From an uncultured Candidatus Saccharibacteria bacterium (GTDB lineage Bacteria; Patescibacteriota; Minisyncoccia; Phycocordibacterales; Zambryskibacteraceae): a stretch of 64,000 nt of DNA. The DNA is taken from the NCBI GenBank assembly GCA_964348525.1, contig CAYGCY010000001.1, forward strand, positions 21,873-85,872, in the 5' to 3' direction. Every line of letters starts with the position of its first letter. Position 1 is the stretch's first letter. Under the pieces are notes generated by a model, which saw only the letters and a program-made list of their open reading frames with translations, was not told the origin of the DNA and made no database searches. Shown one piece after another: positions 18,833 to 27,806 of this stretch. A program made the translations under genes and the position numbers.

Positions 18833-19696
18833 ATGAAGCGACTATTTCTTGTCGCAGTACTATTTTTCCCGTTCCTTTCCTTTGCGTTACCCAGTAGTTT
18901 TTCTGAGCCCACGGGTTTTGTTACTGATACTGCCAAAATTTTGAACGTTGAGATACGCGAAAGCCTTGAAAATGAACTGCGTACATTTGCGAGAAATAAT
19001 GGTTATGAAATAGCCGTGCTTGTTGTCCCTAGTCTTGAAGGGGAGACAGTAGAGAATTATGCCGTTAAGGTTTTTGAAAAATGGAAAATTGGAAACAGTA
19101 AGCTTGATACAGGGGTTTTGTTTTTGGTTGCGATAGAAGATAGACAGATGCGAATAGAAGTGGGTTATGGCGCAGAACCAGTCCTTACAGACTCTGCTTC
19201 TTCTCAAATATTAAACAATGTTGTTAAGCCTCTATTTAAAGAAGGCAAGTATGAGGAGGGAATCACCGCTGGAGTAAAAAATATTGAAAATGTTTTGTCA
19301 GGCGAACCACAAGATGTATCCGGCACAAATTATCAAGGTGGTGGGAGACTTAATTTAGACATAATATTTTTTCTCTTTATTTTGTTCCAGTCCTTTTTCG
19401 CTTTAATGGCGCGCACGAAATCTTGGTGGCTAGGGGGTGTTGCCGGTTTCATAATTTCACTTGTACTTGTTTTGATTTTTGCTAGTGCTCTTGTATTTTT
19501 GATAAAGGCTGTAGTAATTGGAGTGGCTACTGTCCTCGGACTACTAATAGATTATTTCGTGTCCAAAAAATTTGGAGGAAAATCAAATGGTCCTGACATT
19601 TGGCTTTTTGGAGGAGGGCGAGGTGGAGGAATGGGAGGTTTCGGTGGGTTTGGTGGCGGTCGCTCTGGCGGAGGGGGCTCATCTGGCTCATGGTAA
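18833..19696 (+). CDS. TPM-domain protein (YgcG-like) with C-terminal TM and Gly-rich tail
   Basis: signal peptide, TPM domain (GYEIAVLVVPSLEGE...VLFLVAIEDRQMRIEVGYGAEP), TM, GGGRGGGMGGFGGFGGG tail; LemA-TPM operon. Confidence 0.75.
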   Translation: MKRLFLVAVLFFPFLSFALPSSFSEPTGFVTDTAKILNVEIRESLENELRTFARNNGYEIAVLVVPSLEGETVENYAVKVFEKWKIGNSKLDTGVLFLVAIEDRQMRIEVGYGAEPVLTDSASSQILNNVVKPLFKEGKYEEGITAGVKNIENVLSGEPQDVSGTNYQGGGRLNLDIIFFLFILFQSFFALMARTKSWWLGGVAGFIISLVLVLIFASALVFLIKAVVIGVATVLGLLIDYFVSKKFGGKSNGPDIWLFGGGRGGGMGGFGGFGGGRSGGGGSSGSW

Positions 19697-20277
19697 AAGC
19701 AAGAAAATTAAAAATAGATAGCAGTAAATTAAGGAAACTTAAAAAAAGCAAAAATCCATATGCTTCTTTGGTGCGCTCCATTATTTTTCAACAGTTAGCG
19801 ACGAAAGCAGCGGATTCCATTTACAAAAAATTTTTAGAACTGTTCAAACTAGACAAAAAGAAAAATTTTCCAAGCCCAAAAGAAGTTTTATTAAAAACAC
19901 CTGCACAATTAAAAAAAGCTGGTATATCGGCACAAAAGGCGTCATATCTCCACGACTTATCTAAGAAATTTTTGGATGGAAGCATTGACCATAAGAAATT
20001 TCACAAAATGAAAGACGAAGAGATTCGCGAACATTTGATAGTGGTAAAAGGTATTGGCAGATGGTCCGCAGATATGTTTCTTATTTTTGCTTTAAATAGG
20101 CCAAACATTTTGCCGGTTGGGGATTTGGGTATTCAACATGGTTTTAGAATTGCTTACAAACTCAAAAGCCTGCCAAGTGAGCGCACTATGAAGATGCTAG
20201 CAAAACCGCATGAGGGGGAATACACAAAGCTGTCTTTGTATTTGTGGGATGTTAAAGACAAGAAAAAAGAGATATAG
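19690..20277 (+). CDS. HhH-GPD base-excision DNA glycosylase (AlkA/3-methyladenine glycosylase II-like); ORF-track start 19600 is an over-extension
   Basis: helix-hairpin-helix VKGIGRWSADMFLIFALNRPNILPVGDLGI; start ATG 19690 overlaps the TPM gene stop. Confidence 0.7.
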   Translation: MVKARKLKIDSSKLRKLKKSKNPYASLVRSIIFQQLATKAADSIYKKFLELFKLDKKKNFPSPKEVLLKTPAQLKKAGISAQKASYLHDLSKKFLDGSIDHKKFHKMKDEEIREHLIVVKGIGRWSADMFLIFALNRPNILPVGDLGIQHGFRIAYKLKSLPSERTMKMLAKPHEGEYTKLSLYLWDVKDKKKEI

Positions 20278-20289
20278 TTTTATGGCAAT

Positions 20290-20377
20290 GGAGGCGTCGG
20301 ATAGTGGTTTATTCCACCACCTTGGAAAGGTGGCATACCGAAAGGTATCGTGAGTTCGAATCTCACCGCCTCCGCCC
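20290..20377 (+). tRNA. tRNA-Ser (anticodon GGA), class II with long variable arm
   Basis: acceptor GGAGGCG/CGCCTCC, 3-bp D-stem, anticodon stem CCACC/GGTGG loop TTGGAAA, variable arm CATACCGAAAGGTATCG, T-arm GTGAG-TTCGAAT-CTCAC, discriminator G. Confidence 0.8.
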
Positions 20378-20417
20378 TGTGAAGGAATAGCTATAACAAA
20401 AGCGTTATAATTTCTAT

Positions 20418-20579
20418 ATGGAAAAACGCAAAATACTGTATTCCATTCTTATGGCATTAGTCGGGGTGTCTTTGTTTGTATATGGCGGAATTGATGATAG
20501 CCCAGGGGGCCAGCTAATAGGATTGGTTTTAGTTGTTGTCGGAATTGTGGGTGTAGTAAAGAATAAAAATCATTTATAG
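20418..20579 (+). CDS. Small membrane protein, 53 aa, two TM helices (below ORF-track cutoff)
   Basis: ATG 20418 to TAG 20577-20579; two hydrophobic segments around a DDSPGG turn. Confidence 0.3.
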   Translation: MEKRKILYSILMALVGVSLFVYGGIDDSPGGQLIGLVLVVVGIVGVVKNKNHL

Positions 20580-20648
20580 ATCTTGCTTGAACTAAAAATG
20601 TGTTGTGTTAGGGTGGTCGCAGACTGTACCTACTAACCAGGAGCCACA

Positions 20649-21434
20649 ATGGCCGATGTGAAAATGCCGGATTCGAAGCCTTGCCAGTTTGACAAGGCAT
20701 GGCAAGGAAAGTGCAAAAAACCGAGTACCAATGGATGGTGTTCGGAACATGAAGGGCTGAAGTGCGTCAGTTGTGGGAAAAAGGCTGTGAAGGAATGTGA
20801 CAACGCAGGCTCATTCGTGTGTGGGGCGAACCTTTGTGCAACGTGTCAGCATTCGCCAACCAGTTCTGGTCATGTGACCAAGGCGGTTGCGGACGCATTA
20901 TGGAAGGGTATAACCGAAGAGCGGAAAGCGATTGAAGCTTCTCGCACTAGCCCAATCCAGCGGATGAATGAAGAGCTTGGTGTTCCATTAAACCGAGCAG
21001 AGCTTCTCAAGAAAATACCCGCAGGTTTCGAGATCAAGGAGTATTACTACTTACAACTTGATCATGGTCTCATGGGTTTCTTCCCAGCAGTTTTTGTTGG
21101 CTCGAAGCGTGTTGTTATCACAACCGACATCGAACTTGCAAAAGAGGCTTGGGGTACCATGACACCCCGCAAGTCAAAGTTGTCGCATAATCTTGGGCAT
21201 GTAAACGAGCAATTAGGGATTGTTTACCCGATTCTTGGGGACGATCAGTACGAAAAAGAAGAGAGTAAGCCACTCCAACTTCTCACTCGTACTGAATTCG
21301 AGGGGTTGCTTGCCGTAAGCCCGCATCCATTCCAGTGGGCACCAGGGCTTCTTAGCAACGATATGAATGCGGATGAATTCCGTGAACTAATCAGCTCGGT
21401 TGCCGAGAAGTATGACGTGCAAGTTCCTAAGTGA
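20649..21434 (+). CDS. Cysteine-rich hypothetical protein (261 aa), GC-elevated (~49%), zinc-ribbon-like N-terminus
   Basis: AGGAG SD 7 nt upstream; 11 Cys in first 80 aa (CQFDKAWQGKC...CSEHEGLKCVSCGKKAVKEC...CGANLCATC); intrinsic terminator after stop. Confidence 0.55.
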   Translation: MADVKMPDSKPCQFDKAWQGKCKKPSTNGWCSEHEGLKCVSCGKKAVKECDNAGSFVCGANLCATCQHSPTSSGHVTKAVADALWKGITEERKAIEASRTSPIQRMNEELGVPLNRAELLKKIPAGFEIKEYYYLQLDHGLMGFFPAVFVGSKRVVITTDIELAKEAWGTMTPRKSKLSHNLGHVNEQLGIVYPILGDDQYEKEESKPLQLLTRTEFEGLLAVSPHPFQWAPGLLSNDMNADEFRELISSVAEKYDVQVPK

Positions 21435-21441
21435 TGTACAG

Positions 21442-21467
21442 GGGCCGAAGTAATTCGGCCCCTTTCT
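21442..21467 (+). terminator. Intrinsic terminator
   Basis: GGGGCCGAA-GTAA-TTCGGCCCC then TTTCTGTT. Confidence 0.7.
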
Positions 21468-21480
21468 GTTATGAAATTTT

Positions 21481-22590
21481 TTGGAGTATTCTATCTGTAT
21501 GTATAAAAGAGTAGTGAAGCCGGTATTGTTTTTGATGCATCCGGATTTTACGCATCTACTAGCCGTAAAAATCGGCTCTGTTTTGGGGAACTTTTCTCTT
21601 ACCAGAAAAATTCTTCAATGGCTATTTGTGTATAAAAATCCTGTGCTTGAACAAGAATTTTTTGGAATCAAATTCCCCAATCCAGTAGGGTTAGCGGGCG
21701 GGTTTGATAAAAATTGCGAACTTTTGAAGACGATGCCCGAGATAGGGTTTGGTTTTATGGAAGTTGGTTCAATTACGAGATTCCCATATAAAGGGAACGA
21801 AAGACCTTGGAGCGTGAGGCTTCCCAAAGACCAGTCTCTCATAGTTAATTATGGTCTGAGAAATAAAGGAGCAGATGTTTTATCAGAAAAATTACAGACA
21901 CGGAAGACCAGAATTCCCTTAATTATCAATATTGCGAAAACCAATGACTCCAACATAAAGGGGCAGGGCACAATAGACGACTATATACACTCATATCAGA
22001 AACTTGAAGAATTTGGTGATTTGATAAATATAAATATTAGTTGCCCAAATACTGGAGACGGGATACTTTTATGCGAGGATACGGAATTATTGAAGGGGCT
22101 TCTCGATGGTTTGCAAACTTCGTTTGAACAGTCTGTGTACAAAAAGCCAATTTTGTTAAAAATAAAGCCCGACCTTGCTGATGAAAAACTACTTGAGATT
22201 TTGGGGCTCATAAAACAATACAACTATATAAAAGGGTTCGTTGTAGCCAATCTTTCAAAAGATAGGGGTTTATTAAAGGCTACAGATTATGCAAAATATG
22301 AAAATATTCCGGGAGGTATATCAGGGGCTCCTATAAAAAATATTTCAACTGAAATGATAAGAAAAGTAAGAAGAAATATTGGAGAAAAGTATTTGATAAT
22401 CGGCTGTGGAGGAATTTTCTCTGCAGAAGACGCATACGAAAAGATACAAGCCGGCGCTAATTTAGTGGAGCTTATTACGGGGCTGATTTATGAAGGCCCT
22501 AGCTTAATTAAAAATATAAATAAAGGCTTAGCAGAAATACTAAAGAATAAAAACCAAACAATCTCGGAACTATGTACATTAAAGCAATAG
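21481..22590 (+). CDS. pyrD: Dihydroorotate dehydrogenase (quinone), class 2
   Basis: FPNPVGLAGGFDKN, NISCPNT, IIGCGGIFSAEDAYEKIQAGANLVEL motifs. Confidence 0.85.
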   Translation: MEYSICMYKRVVKPVLFLMHPDFTHLLAVKIGSVLGNFSLTRKILQWLFVYKNPVLEQEFFGIKFPNPVGLAGGFDKNCELLKTMPEIGFGFMEVGSITRFPYKGNERPWSVRLPKDQSLIVNYGLRNKGADVLSEKLQTRKTRIPLIINIAKTNDSNIKGQGTIDDYIHSYQKLEEFGDLININISCPNTGDGILLCEDTELLKGLLDGLQTSFEQSVYKKPILLKIKPDLADEKLLEILGLIKQYNYIKGFVVANLSKDRGLLKATDYAKYENIPGGISGAPIKNISTEMIRKVRRNIGEKYLIIGCGGIFSAEDAYEKIQAGANLVELITGLIYEGPSLIKNINKGLAEILKNKNQTISELCTLKQ

Positions 22591-22796
22591 TGACGGCTGG
22601 TGCTAGAAAAGAAAAATTTGTAAAAAAGAGCGAAGACACTTTTGAAATTTCTGTAAAAGAAAAGGCAGAGAGGAATATGGCAAACAGCAGGGTAGTAGAA
22701 CTGATTTCTGAGCATTTTGCTACCCCTAAAGGCAGGGTGCGCATAATAAATGGTCACCACCATCCGCATAAATTGATTTCAGTCATGGATAAATAG
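22572..22796 (+). CDS. DUF167/YggU family protein
   Basis: 74 aa; KAIVTAGARKEKF...PKGRVRIINGHHHPHKLI pattern resembles UPF0235. Confidence 0.5.
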   Translation: MYIKAIVTAGARKEKFVKKSEDTFEISVKEKAERNMANSRVVELISEHFATPKGRVRIINGHHHPHKLISVMDK

Positions 22797-22829
22797 TGGC
22801 GTGATACAATAAAAAGGTTATTAGATAAA

Positions 22830-23516
22830 TTGAATATTGTGAAAAAAATAGCCTTTTTAGTGTTTTTGCTGGTTTCTGTAGTGACTAGTGTTCCATTGTT
22901 TGCACAGAACACACAAGCACCAGCCACAACCCCTTCTGATGTAGAGTCAGGCTTAACTCCAAGTAACTCCTTGTATTTTTTAGATAAATTCATTGAAACA
23001 ATAGAAGAAATTTTGACCTTTAATCAGGACGCAAAAATAAAATTGCAAATTAAATTTGCGAAAGAAAGAATGGCTGAGATAAAGGAGATGTTGGATGATA
23101 GTGGAGCAGATGACGAAGATATAAAAGAAGCTCAAAATAGGCTAAGCGAACATTCCAAAAAAGCTACTGATATTCTAAAAGAAGAGAAAAAAGCCGGTAA
23201 AGATGTGGAAGATTTAGAAAAGGAACTTGAAGAGAGTATGGGAGATGATGAAGAAGAATTACAGGATCTACTTGAAGAAGTTGAGTCTAATTTAGAAGAA
23301 GAGAAAGACAGCCTAGAGCGGGCCATTGATCAAGCTGAACAGGAAGGGGATGCGGCAAAAGTGGAGAGCCTAAAAGCACAAATAAAAGAGGCTGAACTTA
23401 AAGCAGAAGAGGCAAAACAAAAGGCAGAAATTACAAAAGAATTGTTGGAAAACGATGGTTTGAGTGAAATCGAAAAGGAGCTAAATAATATCAACGAAGA
23501 CGCGGACGATTTTTAG
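22830..23516 (+). CDS. Secreted acidic coiled-coil protein (DUF5667-like)
   Basis: signal peptide then extended E/K/D-rich heptad regions. Confidence 0.45.
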   Translation: MNIVKKIAFLVFLLVSVVTSVPLFAQNTQAPATTPSDVESGLTPSNSLYFLDKFIETIEEILTFNQDAKIKLQIKFAKERMAEIKEMLDDSGADDEDIKEAQNRLSEHSKKATDILKEEKKAGKDVEDLEKELEESMGDDEEELQDLLEEVESNLEEEKDSLERAIDQAEQEGDAAKVESLKAQIKEAELKAEEAKQKAEITKELLENDGLSEIEKELNNINEDADDF

Positions 23517-23632
23517 GGTATTGACAGATTAAAGTTAGGGTGTATAATGGGCTGTAATACAGATTTCGATTTTCGTTACTGGTTCGTCCGTGTGCGAAGT
23601 ATAGGTCTGTGGATGATAAGTAACATAATCAA

Positions 23633-23923
23633 ATGGCAAAGAAATTGTTTGTAGGAGGTATTCCTTACACTTCTACAGAAGATGCGCTTCGCGCATTATT
23701 TAGCAAAGTTGGCACAGTTGAGTCAGTAGCAATTATTACTGACAGAATGACTGGCCGTTCAAAGGGATTCGGTTTCGTTGAAATGTCTTCAGATGATGAA
23801 GCCATGAAGGCAATCGAAACTCTTAACGACACAGACCTTGAAGGCAGAAAGATTTCTGTCAAAGAGGCTCAGCCTAAGGCTCCTCGTGAAGGAGGCTTTG
23901 GAGGCGGTCGCGGCGGATACTAA
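23633..23923 (+). CDS. RRM-type RNA-binding protein with Gly-rich tail
   Basis: RNP-2 LFVGGI and RNP-1 KGFGFVEM motifs. Confidence 0.8.
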   Translation: MAKKLFVGGIPYTSTEDALRALFSKVGTVESVAIITDRMTGRSKGFGFVEMSSDDEAMKAIETLNDTDLEGRKISVKEAQPKAPREGGFGGGRGGY

Positions 23924-23985
23924 TCATAAGTAGCAGAGCCTAGCTCTTCTACCGAATTAGTTCCAAATTCCCTTTTGCTTTAAAA

Positions 23986-24016
23986 CAAAAAACCCGCAGA
24001 GATGCGGGTTTTTTGT
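23986..24016 (+). terminator. Intrinsic terminator
   Basis: AAAAAACCCGCA-GAGA-TGCGGGTTTTTT. Confidence 0.8.
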
Positions 24017-24089
24017 TTGTGCTTGTTTTTATTCTTTACAAAAAGTAGTGTAGCTAAAGAAGTAGCACACCAATGACCTTGGGGGATAC

Positions 24090-24533
24090 ATGACAGAGCA
24101 TGAGAGCGGGCTTTCAGCAGAAGAGCTCGCAGTATTCGAGGAGTTTGTGTCCAAGTATTTGCCACGGACTTCGCCCTTAGTTTCTGGGTATCCACAAGTC
24201 TTGTTGGTTAACCAAACGGACTTGCCGTTACCGAGAGTTGTGTGGTGGATTCATGAACACGCGCCAGCTATAGCTTCCATCCCGACAGCTGAAATTCTTT
24301 TCAACAAAGCATCGGGGCAAGCTAGGCGAATTGGGCGCGACAAGATTCTCCAGATTACACTTCGGGCGGTGGAGTACCTTTGCACAGAAAGAGACAAACA
24401 CAGCTTCAGGCTCGGGCACAACATTCTCCTTGTGCTTCGCGGAGAGTACATGAATGTAGCTCCCGAAGTTGAGAAGTTAGTGGCTGAGCTCGGTGCAGAG
24501 TTTGAAGTGTACAAGCACGATGAGTGGATTTAG
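24090..24533 (+). CDS. Hypothetical protein (147 aa), GC-elevated (~50%)
   Basis: GGGGGA SD, followed by terminator 24552-24580. Confidence 0.5.
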   Translation: MTEHESGLSAEELAVFEEFVSKYLPRTSPLVSGYPQVLLVNQTDLPLPRVVWWIHEHAPAIASIPTAEILFNKASGQARRIGRDKILQITLRAVEYLCTERDKHSFRLGHNILLVLRGEYMNVAPEVEKLVAELGAEFEVYKHDEWI

Positions 24534-24551
24534 CTTGGTGTGTGAACTGTA

Positions 24552-24580
24552 AGGCGCGTACATGTGTACGCGCCTTTTTG
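24552..24580 (+). terminator. Intrinsic terminator
   Basis: GGCGCGTAC-ATGT-GTACGCGCC then TTTTTG. Confidence 0.75.
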
Positions 24581-24583
24581 TAA

Positions 24584-24617
24584 AACAAAAGCGCCACGCA
24601 AAAGTTTTTGCGTGGCG
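24584..24617 (-). terminator. Intrinsic terminator for the convergent small minus-strand gene
   Basis: 13-bp stem GCGCCACGCAAAA/TTTTGCGTGGCGC; T-run on minus strand. Confidence 0.65.
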
Positions 24618-24642
24618 CGGGTAATCTCGTCAGGTCTTCCTG

Positions 24643-24762
24643 CTACTTCCTGCGCTTAGGGCTGATGTCGACAATCCCGCTGTCGTCTTTGCTTCTGTTA
24701 GCAATGACAGCAATCAAGCCGACGACAACCGCGATGATTAAGGCGCCAACGAAGAATTTCAT
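24643..24762 (-). CDS. Small single-TM membrane protein, 39 aa (MKFFVGALIIAVVVGLIAVIANRSKDDSGIVDISPKRRK), below ORF-track cutoff
   Basis: AGGGGG SD 5 nt before ATG; hydrophobic helix plus charged tail; own terminator. Confidence 0.35.
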   Translation of the reverse strand: MKFFVGALIIAVVVGLIAVIANRSKDDSGIVDISPKRRK

Positions 24763-24871
24763 GGGTTCCCCCTTGTTAAGTTCCCAGCCCCATTTCTACT
24801 CTTTTTATATTTTTCTGCAACCATTTTTATACTGTCACCTTTTATCCATTTTACAAGATATAATCATTGCA

Positions 24872-25342
24872 ATGAGTATAAGGAGCCTCTTTATTACTGT
24901 CTTTTTATTTCTTTTTATCGCTTTTGTTGGTTTAGTATTTAAAAATTTATCAAATTTAAAATTAGAAAAACCTGCTTCATTTAACACAGAAGTTAGGATA
25001 GGGGATATATACTTTTTGGCAAAAACAGTTAGTACAGATATAGAGAAAAAAATGGGTTTGTCCGGCACCAAGGAGCTTAAAGATAATCAGGCGATGCTAT
25101 TTGTTTTTGACAAGGCAGATAAATGGAGTATATGGATGAAAGACATGAATTACCCGCTCGACATAATATGGCTCTCGTCTGAAAAAAAGATAGTGCATAT
25201 AGAAAACAATATTTCTCCAGACACCTATCCTAAAACTTTTTACCCCGACGCTCCTGCTATGTATGTTCTTGAAATGCCCGCCAGTGCCCTAGAGAAAAGC
25301 AATGTCGAACTTGGTAATCAGGTCTTTTTTGAAGTTAAATAG
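24872..25342 (+). CDS. DUF192 domain protein (ORF-track start 24608 is an over-extension through the convergent small gene)
   Basis: N-terminal TM, then ...MLFVFDKADKWSIWMKDMNYPLDIIWL... typical of DUF192/COG1430. Confidence 0.6.
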   Translation: MSIRSLFITVFLFLFIAFVGLVFKNLSNLKLEKPASFNTEVRIGDIYFLAKTVSTDIEKKMGLSGTKELKDNQAMLFVFDKADKWSIWMKDMNYPLDIIWLSSEKKIVHIENNISPDTYPKTFYPDAPAMYVLEMPASALEKSNVELGNQVFFEVK

Positions 25343-25418
25343 ACCAAGGGTAAGTGGCTTTCCCAAACAAGCTAATATGTTGTTTGTTTTATGCTGTTCA
25401 TAAAGGTAAAATAATCTT

Positions 25419-26447
25419 ATGAGTATTAGAGTTGCCGTGAACGGCTGTGGTCGCATTGGCAGAACTTTTTTAAGATTGGCAATAAAGAATAGCGAAATAG
25501 ATCTCGTCGCTATCAATGATCTTGGAGATTTAGCAAATATCGCCTATCTCGTACAGCATGATTCTGTATACGGGAGCGCCCCTTTTTCAGTGGCCACAAA
25601 CGAAGCAACTAAAAAGCTTATTTTAGGTGGGAAAGAAATTTATTTTTTATCAGAAAAAGATCCGAAGCTATTGCCGTGGAAAGATTTGAATATAGATGTA
25701 GTAATAGAGTCGACTGGTCTGTTTACTTCTTATGAAAAATCAAAGGCCCATTTAGATGCTGGAGCGAAAAGGGTAGTGGTGACTGCTCCAATGAAAGATG
25801 AGCCCGCAGATATTGCTGGGGCAACGGTTCTTATGGGAGTGAATGAAGAGGAATTGCAAAAGTGTGTAATAACTTCGGATGCTTCTTGCACAACAAATGC
25901 TGCCTCGCCACTTATTGCCATTCTTGATGAGGGTTTGGGAATTGAAAAAGCAGTACTAAATACAGTGCACGCACATACTGCGAGCCAGCCGATAGTAGAT
26001 GCACCCAATAAAAAAGATTTTCGAGAAGGCAGAGCGGGTGCAAACAATATCGTGCCCACATCAACAGGCGCGGCGATTGCTGTCACAAAAGCATTTCCAA
26101 AATTGGAAGGCTTGTTTGACGGGATTGCCATACGCGTGCCAGTTATAGCGGGCTCTATAGTTGACGTTACTTTTGTTTCAAAGCGTTCGACAACGGTTGA
26201 GGAAGTGAACAATTTGCTTATAAGCGCGGCCAATGAAAAAAGATGGTCAAAGATTTTTTCTGTTACTGAAGAACCTCTTGTGTCTAGCGACATAGTAGGG
26301 TCTCCCTTTGGCTCAATAGCCGATTTAAAACTCACTCGTGTAGTGGGTGGCAACTTAGTGAAAGTAATGGCTTGGTATGATAATGAGATGGGGTATTGCT
26401 ACACTCTTTTAGAGCATGTGTTAAGGGCAGGAAATAATAAGTCATAA
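25419..26447 (+). CDS. gap: Glyceraldehyde-3-phosphate dehydrogenase, type I
   Basis: NGCGRIGR NAD-binding motif; catalytic ASCTTNAASP. Confidence 0.9.
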   Translation: MSIRVAVNGCGRIGRTFLRLAIKNSEIDLVAINDLGDLANIAYLVQHDSVYGSAPFSVATNEATKKLILGGKEIYFLSEKDPKLLPWKDLNIDVVIESTGLFTSYEKSKAHLDAGAKRVVVTAPMKDEPADIAGATVLMGVNEEELQKCVITSDASCTTNAASPLIAILDEGLGIEKAVLNTVHAHTASQPIVDAPNKKDFREGRAGANNIVPTSTGAAIAVTKAFPKLEGLFDGIAIRVPVIAGSIVDVTFVSKRSTTVEEVNNLLISAANEKRWSKIFSVTEEPLVSSDIVGSPFGSIADLKLTRVVGGNLVKVMAWYDNEMGYCYTLLEHVLRAGNNKS

Positions 26448-26459
26448 AATATAAATATC

Positions 26460-26930
26460 ATGCGTATTTTTATAGGTAGCGATCATGCAGGGCTTGCTCA
26501 CAAAGAAGAGATAGTGAAGTGCTTAAAAGGGGGTGGACATGAGGTGGTGGATTGTGGAGCATATGAATACGACGAAAGCGATGACTATCCAGATTTTGTT
26601 TCAAAAGTTGCTCGTGAAGTGTCTCAGAATCCCGCAAATTCCAAAGGAATAGTTTTAGGAGGTTCGGGGCAAGGGGAAGCGATGGTTGCCAACCGTTTTA
26701 AAAAAGTGCGCGCTGTCGTCTTTTACGGAAGCAAAGATACCATCCCTGAAGATCACAATGTTATCGAGCTTGCTCGCACGCATAATGACGCAAATGTTTT
26801 ATCTATAGGCGCAAGGTTTGTGACAACGGAAGAGGCAATAGACGCGGTTCAGAGATTTTTGGACACTCCGTTCAAGGGTGAGGAAAGACACGCAAGAAGG
26901 ATTGCTAAGATAGACCATCTACATGAGTGA
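26460..26930 (+). CDS. rpiB: Ribose-5-phosphate isomerase B
   Basis: RpiB/LacA family pattern MRIFIGSDHAG...GGSGQGEAMVANR. Confidence 0.85.
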   Translation: MRIFIGSDHAGLAHKEEIVKCLKGGGHEVVDCGAYEYDESDDYPDFVSKVAREVSQNPANSKGIVLGGSGQGEAMVANRFKKVRAVVFYGSKDTIPEDHNVIELARTHNDANVLSIGARFVTTEEAIDAVQRFLDTPFKGEERHARRIAKIDHLHE

Positions 26931-27627
26931 AATAATTCCAGCTATTTTAGAAAGAAGTTTTGAAGAAATAGAAAAAAAGGTCAGGATGATTTCTGAGGTG
27001 AGTCCTTTTGTACAGGTGGATATAGTTGATGGTGTGTATGGGAAAGAGAAAACATGGCCTTTTATTAAAGGTGAGGATGAAAATTTAAAAAAATTGGTTC
27101 AAGAAGACCAGTCACTTCCAGAATGGGAGTCGGTGTCATACGAATTTGATTTGATGGTAGATAACCCAAGGGCTTTAGCAGATACATTTGTTATGGCGGG
27201 CGCATCTAGAATTATTGTTCACTATTCGTCATTTAAAGATGAACAAGAGCGAGAAGTATTTCTCCGTGATTTTAAGAAAAAATATAATTTGCCAGAACCG
27301 CTTTCAGTCGAGCTTGGTTTAGCAATTGGCGCAGATATAAATATAGAAGAAATTTTAAAATACAAAGACACAATTGATTTGGTGCAGTTAATGGGGATTG
27401 ATCATGTAGGGCAACAGGGGGAAATATTTAATGAAAAAACAATAGCGCGGGTAGCAGAACTAAAAAAACTTTTGCCAGAAATGACTATCCAAATTGATGG
27501 GGGGATAAAAGAAGAAACTATAAAACCATTAGTAGAAGCTGGGGCGGGTAGGCTAATAATTGGCTCTACAATCTGGAACGATGAAGACCCTGTCGATGAG
27601 TATGAAAAGCTCTCAGAAATGGTCTAA
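26923..27627 (+). CDS. rpe: Ribulose-phosphate 3-epimerase family protein
   Basis: VDIVDG and C-terminal IDGGIK...AGAGRLIIGSTI resemble the Rpe barrel; start overlaps rpiB stop. Confidence 0.6.
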   Translation: MSEIIPAILERSFEEIEKKVRMISEVSPFVQVDIVDGVYGKEKTWPFIKGEDENLKKLVQEDQSLPEWESVSYEFDLMVDNPRALADTFVMAGASRIIVHYSSFKDEQEREVFLRDFKKKYNLPEPLSVELGLAIGADINIEEILKYKDTIDLVQLMGIDHVGQQGEIFNEKTIARVAELKKLLPEMTIQIDGGIKEETIKPLVEAGAGRLIIGSTIWNDEDPVDEYEKLSEMV

Positions 27628-27635
27628 AAATATCT

Positions 27636-27697
27636 AAAACAAAAGTACCTTATCACGGAGAGATATACCGCGCTCCTAAATGAGGTATTTTTGTTTT
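27636..27697 (+). repeat. Hairpin element copy B (loop TCACGGAGAGATATACCGCGCTCCTAA)
   Basis: stem AAAACAAAAGTACCTTAT / ATGAGGTATTTTTGTTTT (16/18 paired). Confidence 0.8.
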
Positions 27698-27806
27698 AGA
27701 TAGCATAAAAATGTCCCACTACAGGCAGTAAAACTTGTTTCTAAACGAGATGTTTTGGCCTTGTGTTAAATACAGCTCTAAAGAAGCTAATGATATAATT
27801 ATCCTA

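Noticed and set aside
24608-24871. N-terminal 88 aa of ORF 24608-25342
   Set aside because: This part of the frame runs through the two terminator hairpins and antisense to the small minus-strand gene. The DUF192 protein starts at the ATG at 24872.
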